Below are positions 33,848-39,150 of a DNA stretch of 39,150 bases, one piece after another. The position numbers and the translations under genes were made by a program. Position 1 is the first letter of the stretch; each line of letters begins with the position of its first letter. The stretch comes from Acidimicrobiia bacterium. Its GTDB lineage: Bacteria; Actinomycetota; Acidimicrobiia; Acidimicrobiales; Ilumatobacteraceae. The stretch covers positions 1 through 39,150 of the forward strand of contig JAYUAM010000835.1 of NCBI GenBank assembly GCA_043741295.1, given 5' to 3'. The notes below the pieces were generated by a model that ran no database searches, was not told the origin of the DNA, and worked only from the letters and a program-made list of their open reading frames with translations.

Positions 33848-34008
33848 CCGACTGTCCGCCGCCACCGCACCTATCCCGTCAACGTTCGGGACCGACGGTC
33901 GCCGAGGTCGTTGCGCTCTACGGCCGCGCCTCCCGCCGCGCCGGGGTCGAACGTTGACCGGCTGTCAGCCGCCACCGCACCTATCCCGTCAACGTTCGGG
34001 ACCGGCGG
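33789..34008. repeat. 110-bp tandem duplication (2 units, about 95% identical) covering the last 59 nt of the DUF559 gene plus 51 nt downstream; each unit carries one 53-nt palindromic element
   Basis: GCCGAGGTCG starts at 33791 and again at 33901. Element arms lie at 33837-33848/33878-33888 and 33947-33958/33988-33998, each with a 29-nt spacer. There are 5 mismatches between the units. The gene's TGA (33845-33847) lies inside the left arm. Confidence 0.92.
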
Positions 34009-34096
34009 GCCGAACGGGAACGAGCTGGACGGTCGGGGCCGGGACGGGGGCCTCGGGATCGGGCCACGCTGGACCGCGCTGGACCGGACCGGTACG

Positions 34097-34777
34097 TCAG
34101 CGGGCCCAGAGGGCGTCGTCGGGTGGGAGCTGGCTCGGGCCCACGTGGCGGTCGAGCCAGGCGCACACGGGCGCGGCGTCAGCCCACACGTCGGTGATCC
34201 GCTTGGCCGCCGCCTTCGTGTGCATCCAGGCGGCCGGCTCCCACGAGCGCCCGATGATCAGGCCCTTGCGACGGAGCAGGACGATGCGGGCATGGTCCTT
34301 GGCGTAGCCGCGCGGCGCGGTCTTCAGCGCGTCGATCGCGCCGGCTTCGTAGCCCTTGCGTTCGAGCCCGGCGACCAGCGCGGCGAGCGGCGCGCCCGTC
34401 CGTTCATCATCGACGGCGACCCGGAAGCGTTCCAGCTGGTCGCTCGCCATCTGGTAGTAGCCGCAGCCGGCGAGCAACCCGTCGGCCGCCAGCTGCACGT
34501 AGTACCCGCCGCCACCCTCGTGCTCGCAGTAGGCGCCGATGTTCGTCTTGTACGGGCTCTTGTCCTTAGCGAAGCGCACATCGCGGTTCGGTCGGAAGAT
34601 GCGGAACGGGCGCAGGTCGTCGGGTAGCGCGTCGCAGAACGCGAGCAGCGGCGCCTTCACGCACTGCTCGTACGTCGCCTTGTTGGCGAGCCAGAACTCG
34701 CGCGTGTTGTCCGCTTCCAGTCGACGGTAAAACTCGATCGCCTCGGGTGGAAAGCCGGTGAACCCCATCACGCCCAC
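34097..34777 (-). CDS. DUF2461 (TIGR02453-type) conserved hypothetical protein
   Basis: 226 aa: F.GFPPEAIEFY..LE.DNTREFW...K..YE..VK.P...F...L.......RIFR.NRDVRF.KDKSPYKT. This is the characteristic family signature. Confidence 0.88.
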   Translation of the reverse strand: MGVMGFTGFPPEAIEFYRRLEADNTREFWLANKATYEQCVKAPLLAFCDALPDDLRPFRIFRPNRDVRFAKDKSPYKTNIGAYCEHEGGGGYYVQLAADGLLAGCGYYQMASDQLERFRVAVDDERTGAPLAALVAGLERKGYEAGAIDALKTAPRGYAKDHARIVLLRRKGLIIGRSWEPAAWMHTKAAAKRITDVWADAAPVCAWLDRHVGPSQLPPDDALWAR

Positions 34778-34842
34778 GCTAGGCGGCCCACGATCCGCGA
34801 CCCGCGACTACCTGAGAACGAGGTGAGAATCCGGGAGGTACG

Positions 34843-34863
34843 CGCACGCTCGCCTGGCGTGCG
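34843..34863. promoter_or_regulatory. Perfect 7-bp inverted repeat CGCACGC-N7-GCGTGCG, 15 nt upstream of the ATPase start codon
   Basis: Read directly from the sequence. It lies in the 100-bp divergent spacer between DUF2461 (start 34777) and the ATPase (ATG 34878). It could be an operator or a 5'-UTR hairpin. Confidence 0.3.
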
Positions 34864-34877
34864 TAGTCTCTTGCGCC

Positions 34878-37331
34878 ATGGCAGAGCTCTTCCTCGGCGA
34901 GGACATAGATCCCGCGGCCCACAAGCGCAACGGCACGAAAGTGACGTTGGCGACGGCCGACTTCACGACGCACGGCGTCATCGTCGGCATGACCGGATCG
35001 GGCAAGACCGGGCTCGGCGTGGTGCTCGTGGAGGAGGTGCTGCGCGCCGGCATCCCGTGTCTGCTGATCGACCCGAAGGGCGATCTCACGAACCTCTGCC
35101 TCACCTTCCCGAACTTGGCACCCGGCGACTTCCGCCCGTGGGTCAACGACTCGGATGCGACGAAGGCGGGACAGTCGATGGACGACTTCGCCGCCGCCCA
35201 GGCCAAGACCTGGTCGGACGGGCTCGGAAGCTGGGGGCTGGCGGGCACGGACATCGGCAAGCTGCGTGACACGGTCGAATTCACGGTCTACACGCCGGGC
35301 TCCACCATGGGCGTGCCGCTGAACCTCGTCGGCTCGCTCAAGGCACCGACCGGCCAGAGCGACCACGAGATCGTCGGCGACGAGATCGAGGGCTTCGTCT
35401 CCGGTCTGCTCGGCCTGGTCGGCATCTCGGCCGACCCACTGTCGTCACGCGAGCACATCCTGCTGTCGAACCTCATCGACCAGAGCTGGCAGCAGGGCAA
35501 AGATCTCGACCTGCCGACGCTCGTCGGCATGATCCCGAGCCCGCCGATCCGCAAGCTCGGCGTGTTCGACCTCGACACGTTCTACCCGGCCAAGGACCGG
35601 ATGGAACTGGCGATGAAGCTCAACGGCCTGCTCGCCTCGTCGTCGTTCGACGCCTGGTCGCAGGGTGTTCCTGTCGATCTCGACCAGATGCTCCGCCCGA
35701 ACGGGAAGGTCGGCGCGGCGATCATCACGATCGCCCACCTTTCCGACGACGAGCGCCAGTTCGCGCTCAGCCTGATCCTCTCGAAGCTCGTCACGTGGAT
35801 GCGTCGGCAGTCGGGTACCACCGACCTGCGGGCGCTGCTCTACATGGACGAGGTCGCCGGCTACCTGCCGCCCACCGCCGTACCGCCGACGAAGAAGCCG
35901 ATCATGACGCTGATGAAGCAGGCCCGCGCGTTCGGTGTCGGCGTCGTGCTCGCCACGCAGAACCCGGTCGACATCGACTACAAGGCGATCACCAACGCCG
36001 GCACCTGGATGGTCGGCCGCCTGCAGACCGAACAGGACAAGAGCCGCCTGCTCGACGGCATGACCGCCGCCGCAGGCAACGTTGACATCAAGGCCGTCGG
36101 TGACACCATCTCGGGCCTCGCCAAGCGCGAGTTCGTGCTGCGCCGCGCCGGCAAGGACAAGCCCGAGACGATCACCTCGCGCTGGGCGATGAGCTACCTG
36201 CGCGGGCCCCTCGACCGCGCCCAGATCACCTCGCTGATGGCCGGCAGGGAGAAGGGCGCGTCGAGCGGGATCGACGCCACGATGTCGGCCGCCATCGCCG
36301 CCACGGGCGGCGGCTCGTCGAGCTCGGCCGCCGGCAGCGCGGCTTCGTCGACGTCGCCGTCCTCGTCGATGGCGAACCTGCGTGACGACGAGACACCCGT
36401 CGCCCCCGACGTCGCCGACGGCACGCCGGTGCGTTGGGCTGACCCGGCCGCACCGTGGCTGACGACCGTTGGTGCGGCCACCAGCGGCACCCGTTACGAG
36501 GCGGCGGCGGTGGCCCGCGTGAAGCTGCGCTACGACGACACGGCGGCCGACCTGGTGGCCGACCAAGAGTGGGAGGCCGTGCTCTTCCCGCTCGTCGAGC
36601 AGCCCGACGCGGCGACCGCAGTGGCCGTCGACTACGACGACCGCGATCTGCGCGACGCCAAGCCCGACGGCACGGTGTTCGTGCTCCCGAAGGCACCGAT
36701 CAAGGACCGTCGCTTCTGGACGGACCTGCAGCGGTCGATCATCGACAACCTCGTGCGCAACCAGACGATGGAGGTGTTCGCCAACAAGGACCTGAAGCTG
36801 TTCTCGCGAGTCGGCGAGAGCCAGGACGACTTCGTCAAGCGTTGCACCGAGGCGGCCGATGCCAAGGCCAACGACGAGGCGGCGACGCTGCGCGGCAAGT
36901 ACGAAGACAAGGCCAAGCGCCTGCAGGACCAGCTCGGCGCCGCCGAGGACAAGGCTGCGCTCCTGAAGGACCAGCGCCGCTCGAGCCATCTCTCCGAGCT
37001 GGCGTCGGTCGCCGGTTCGATCCTCGGTGGGTTCCTCGGCGGTCGGTCGAGCGCGAAGGTCATCGCCAAGACGGCCGGATCGCTCGGCGGCGTGATCAAC
37101 CGCCGCGGCCGTTCGGCGGCGGCCTCCGACCGGGTCGACGCGGTCGAGAACAAGTCCGCGCAGCTGCAGCAGGATCTCGACGCCACCGAAGCCGAGCTGA
37201 CGCAGGAGGTGACGGCGATCCAGACGGCGTGGGAGGCCAAGGCGGCCAACGTGCAGCCGATGTCGGTCACGCTGGAGAAGACCGACGTGAGCGTTGCCCA
37301 GCTCGCCCTGGTGTGGCTGCCCGTCGGCTGA
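34878..37331 (+). CDS. Large HerA/FtsK/VirB4-superfamily P-loop ATPase (DUF87/YjgR-like) with a coiled-coil C-terminal region
   Basis: 817 aa. Walker A is HGVIVGMTGSGKTGLG followed by LLIDPKGDL, as in the YjgR/HerA-like layout. Walker B is ALLYMDEVAGYLPP. Then VLATQNPVDIDYKAI.NAGTW.VGRLQTE.D. A Ser/Gly low-complexity linker and a C-terminal 300 aa region with heptad-like KYEDKAKRLQDQLGAAEDKAALLKDQ and AQLQQDLDATEAELTQEV. Confidence 0.88.
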   Translation: MAELFLGEDIDPAAHKRNGTKVTLATADFTTHGVIVGMTGSGKTGLGVVLVEEVLRAGIPCLLIDPKGDLTNLCLTFPNLAPGDFRPWVNDSDATKAGQSMDDFAAAQAKTWSDGLGSWGLAGTDIGKLRDTVEFTVYTPGSTMGVPLNLVGSLKAPTGQSDHEIVGDEIEGFVSGLLGLVGISADPLSSREHILLSNLIDQSWQQGKDLDLPTLVGMIPSPPIRKLGVFDLDTFYPAKDRMELAMKLNGLLASSSFDAWSQGVPVDLDQMLRPNGKVGAAIITIAHLSDDERQFALSLILSKLVTWMRRQSGTTDLRALLYMDEVAGYLPPTAVPPTKKPIMTLMKQARAFGVGVVLATQNPVDIDYKAITNAGTWMVGRLQTEQDKSRLLDGMTAAAGNVDIKAVGDTISGLAKREFVLRRAGKDKPETITSRWAMSYLRGPLDRAQITSLMAGREKGASSGIDATMSAAIAATGGGSSSSAAGSAASSTSPSSSMANLRDDETPVAPDVADGTPVRWADPAAPWLTTVGAATSGTRYEAAAVARVKLRYDDTAADLVADQEWEAVLFPLVEQPDAATAVAVDYDDRDLRDAKPDGTVFVLPKAPIKDRRFWTDLQRSIIDNLVRNQTMEVFANKDLKLFSRVGESQDDFVKRCTEAADAKANDEAATLRGKYEDKAKRLQDQLGAAEDKAALLKDQRRSSHLSELASVAGSILGGFLGGRSSAKVIAKTAGSLGGVINRRGRSAAASDRVDAVENKSAQLQQDLDATEAELTQEVTAIQTAWEAKAANVQPMSVTLEKTDVSVAQLALVWLPVG

Positions 37332-37427
37332 CCGGCGCCTGCTCGGTCGGCCGATCGCCGCGTCGCCGGTGACCGCGTCGACCGCGGCGACCGCATCCGC
37401 AGCGGCGACTCGGTAGCGTCGGCCGTC

Positions 37428-38879
37428 ATGGCCGTGCTCGCGATCGACCAGGGGACGTCGGCCACCAAGGCATCGGTGGTCGACGACGAAGGCCGCGTGC
37501 TCGCCTCGGCGTCGGCCGATGTCGAGGTGCGCAACGGCCCGGGCGACGCCGTCGAGGTCGACCCGGAGGCGCTGTGGCAGTCGGTGTTGCGGGCCGGGCG
37601 CGATGCGTGCGCGTCGGCGGGGCATCCCGCGCTCGACGCCGTCGGGCTCGCCAACCAGGGCGAGACGATCGTCGCCTGGGACCGGCGTACCGGCGAGCCG
37701 ATCGGCCCGGCGATCGTGTGGCAGGACGGGCGGGCGGCCGTGGTGTGTGACGAGCTCCGCCCGCACGCCGAGCGGCTCGCTCAGCTCACGGGTCTCACGC
37801 TCGATCCGTACTTCGTCGCCCCGAAGATCACGTGGCTGCGCCGCCAGGTGGGGCCCGGCCCGACGATCACCACGACCGACACGTGGCTCGTCCACCGGCT
37901 GTGCAGTGCGTTCGTCACCGACGCGGCCACCGCCTCGCGCAGTCTTGTGCTCGACCTCGACCAGGTCGGCTGGAGCGACGAGGCGTGCGCGTTGTTCGAG
38001 ATCGAGCCAGACGACCTGCCGACCGTCGTCGACAACGCCGGAGTGGTCGGCGAGACGACGGCGTTCGCCGGAGCGACCGGCAGAAGCGGCGGGTCACGCG
38101 CCGTCCCCGTGGCCGGCCTGTGCGTCGACCAGCAGGCTGCGCTGTTCGCCCAGGCCTGCCTCGGCCCGGGAGACGCGAAGTGCACCTACGGCACGGGCGC
38201 GTTCCTGCTCGCCACGACGGCGGCACCGACGCGCTCGACGCACGGGCTCGTCGGGTGCGTGGCCTGGCGGCTCGGTGGTGCGCCGACGTGGTGCCTCGAC
38301 GGGCAGGTGTTCACCGTCGGCTCGGTGGTGAAGTGGCTGCTGTCGATCGGCGTGATCACCGAGCCGGGCGATCTCGACGCGCTCGGCGGCTCGGTACCCG
38401 ACGGCGGCGGGGTCCACTTCGTCCCGGCGCTCGCCGGTCTCGGCGCGCCGTTCTGGTCGCCCAGCGCGCGGGGCGCGCTGACCGGGTTGTCACTCGGCAC
38501 CGAGCGGGCCCACGTGGTGCGAGCCGTGATCGAGGGCATCGCCGCCAACGTCGCCTGCCTCGCTCGGGCCGCCGGCGACGACCTCGGGCGGCCGCTCACG
38601 CGCCTGCGCGTCGACGGCGGGCTCACCCGCTCGCGCACGCTGCTGCAGGTGCAGGCGGACCTGATGCAGGTTCCCGTCGAGGTCTACCCGTCGCCCGATG
38701 CCACGGCGATGGGGGTCGCCGCCTTCGCCCGGCTCGGCGTGGGGTTGGCGGCCACCGCGGCCGAGGCCGTCGGCGGGCGGACGGCGTCGATGGTCGTCGA
38801 GCCGGCGATAGGCGCCGATGACGCCGCGGAGCGACTCGCGTCGTGGCGTGCCGCCGCCGACGCCACGATCCCGCGATGA
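37428..38879 (+). CDS. glpK: Glycerol kinase / FGGY-family carbohydrate kinase
   Basis: LAIDQGTSATKA, VG.ANQGETIVAWDR.TGEP...AIVWQD.R, TGL.LDPYF.A.KI.WL, KCTYGTGAF.L, and an FVPA..GLGAP.W motif. A glpD-like gene follows with an ATGA overlap. Confidence 0.88.
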   Translation: MAVLAIDQGTSATKASVVDDEGRVLASASADVEVRNGPGDAVEVDPEALWQSVLRAGRDACASAGHPALDAVGLANQGETIVAWDRRTGEPIGPAIVWQDGRAAVVCDELRPHAERLAQLTGLTLDPYFVAPKITWLRRQVGPGPTITTTDTWLVHRLCSAFVTDAATASRSLVLDLDQVGWSDEACALFEIEPDDLPTVVDNAGVVGETTAFAGATGRSGGSRAVPVAGLCVDQQAALFAQACLGPGDAKCTYGTGAFLLATTAAPTRSTHGLVGCVAWRLGGAPTWCLDGQVFTVGSVVKWLLSIGVITEPGDLDALGGSVPDGGGVHFVPALAGLGAPFWSPSARGALTGLSLGTERAHVVRAVIEGIAANVACLARAAGDDLGRPLTRLRVDGGLTRSRTLLQVQADLMQVPVEVYPSPDATAMGVAAFARLGVGLAATAAEAVGGRTASMVVEPAIGADDAAERLASWRAAADATIPR

Positions 38880-39150
38880 CCGACGCCGCGCACGGGGTCG
38901 GCATCGAGGTCGACGGCGCGGTCGACGGCGCGGTCGACCTCGATGTCGACGTCGCGGTGATCGGTGCCGGCGTCGTCGGCACGGCGACGGCCCGGCTTCT
39001 CGCGCGGCACGACCTGCGCGTCGCGCTTATCGAGGCGGGCCGCGACGTGGCGAGCGGGGTGAGCAAGGCGAACACCGCCATCCTGCACACGGGGTTCGAT
39101 GCCGCGCCGGGCACCGTGGAGGCGCGGCTCGTCGCCCGCGGCTACGCCCT
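38876..39150 (+). CDS. FAD-dependent glycerol-3-phosphate dehydrogenase/oxidase-like oxidoreductase; 5' part only
   Basis: Not in the ORF track because no stop lies in the window. ATG 38876 overlaps the glpK stop. DVAVIGAGVVGTATARLLA....V.LIEA..DVASG.SKANTAILHTGFDA is an FAD dinucleotide fold plus the SKAN..I.H.G motif seen in GlpA/GlpO-type enzymes. Confidence 0.8.
   Translation, partial: MTDAAHGVGIEVDGAVDGAVDLDVDVAVIGAGVVGTATARLLARHDLRVALIEAGRDVASGVSKANTAILHTGFDAAPGTVEARLVARGYA

Noticed and set aside
30014-33865. 861-aa plus ORF (30014..32599) and 670-aa minus ORF (31853..33865)
   Set aside because: Only the last 235 aa of the first (the SufR-like regulator, from ATG 31892) are credible, and the rest is antisense to the Rieske gene. 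The second is antisense to the regulator and DUF559 genes and crosses the non-coding repeat block.
33789-34008. Diversity-generating retroelement (VR at the gene 3' end plus a nearby TR)
   Set aside because: The two 110-bp units are directly tandem. The 5 mismatches (c/g, c/g, a/g, c/a, a/g) are not adenine-specific, and there is no reverse transcriptase or accessory gene in the window.
35445-37895. 816-aa minus-strand ORF antisense to the HerA-like ATPase and glpK; similarly 2747..4765 (672 aa, minus strand) antisense to the molybdoenzyme
   Set aside because: Both have Arg/Gly/Asp-rich composition and no motifs. Both lie opposite genes with strong family signatures.

Overview
High-GC (about 70%) actinobacterial chromosome segment; the taxon is inferred from gene order and composition only. 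The centre (8.6-22.2 kb, all minus strand) is an ordinary conserved housekeeping block: ispG, rseP-like site-2 protease, dxr, cdsA, frr, pyrH, tsf, rpsB, an M23 peptidase, a FliA/WhiG-type sigma factor, xerC, dprA and comM/yifB. Many of these are joined by 4-nt ATGA/GTGA start/stop overlaps. The left flank holds a thioredoxin-like protein (partial), an OmpR/histidine-kinase pair translationally coupled to a membrane-anchored sulfite-oxidase-family molybdoenzyme, two tandem paralogous single-pass membrane proteins with beta-propeller-like ectodomains, and manA. The right flank holds a lipoprotein, an orphan clpP, two coupled fold-type-II PLP enzymes, a YVTN beta-propeller lipoprotein, YceI and a NodB deacetylase. 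It continues with a long Rieske-domain protein divergent from a SufR-like regulator, a wHTH-DUF559 gene in a repeat-dense region, DUF2461, a large orphan HerA/FtsK-like ATPase, glpK and a partial glpD-like gene. I saw no rRNA, tRNA, CRISPR array, transposase or phage genes. The most unusual signal is a 53-nt palindromic repeat family (TCGAACGTTGAC, 29-nt spacer, GTCAACGTTCG) present four times. Three copies bracket the DUF559 gene, two of them inside a 110-bp tandem duplication that includes the gene's 3' end, and one lies in the repeat-laden leader of the paralogue pair. Other points of interest are 14-bp-periodic intergenic arrays, an in-frame 18-bp repeat in manA, the PLP enzyme pair, the Rieske/SufR-like pair and the orphan ATPase. 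All functional calls rest on by-eye motif recognition, with no database search run. Most very long ORFs in the track are wrong-frame or antisense artefacts of high GC content.
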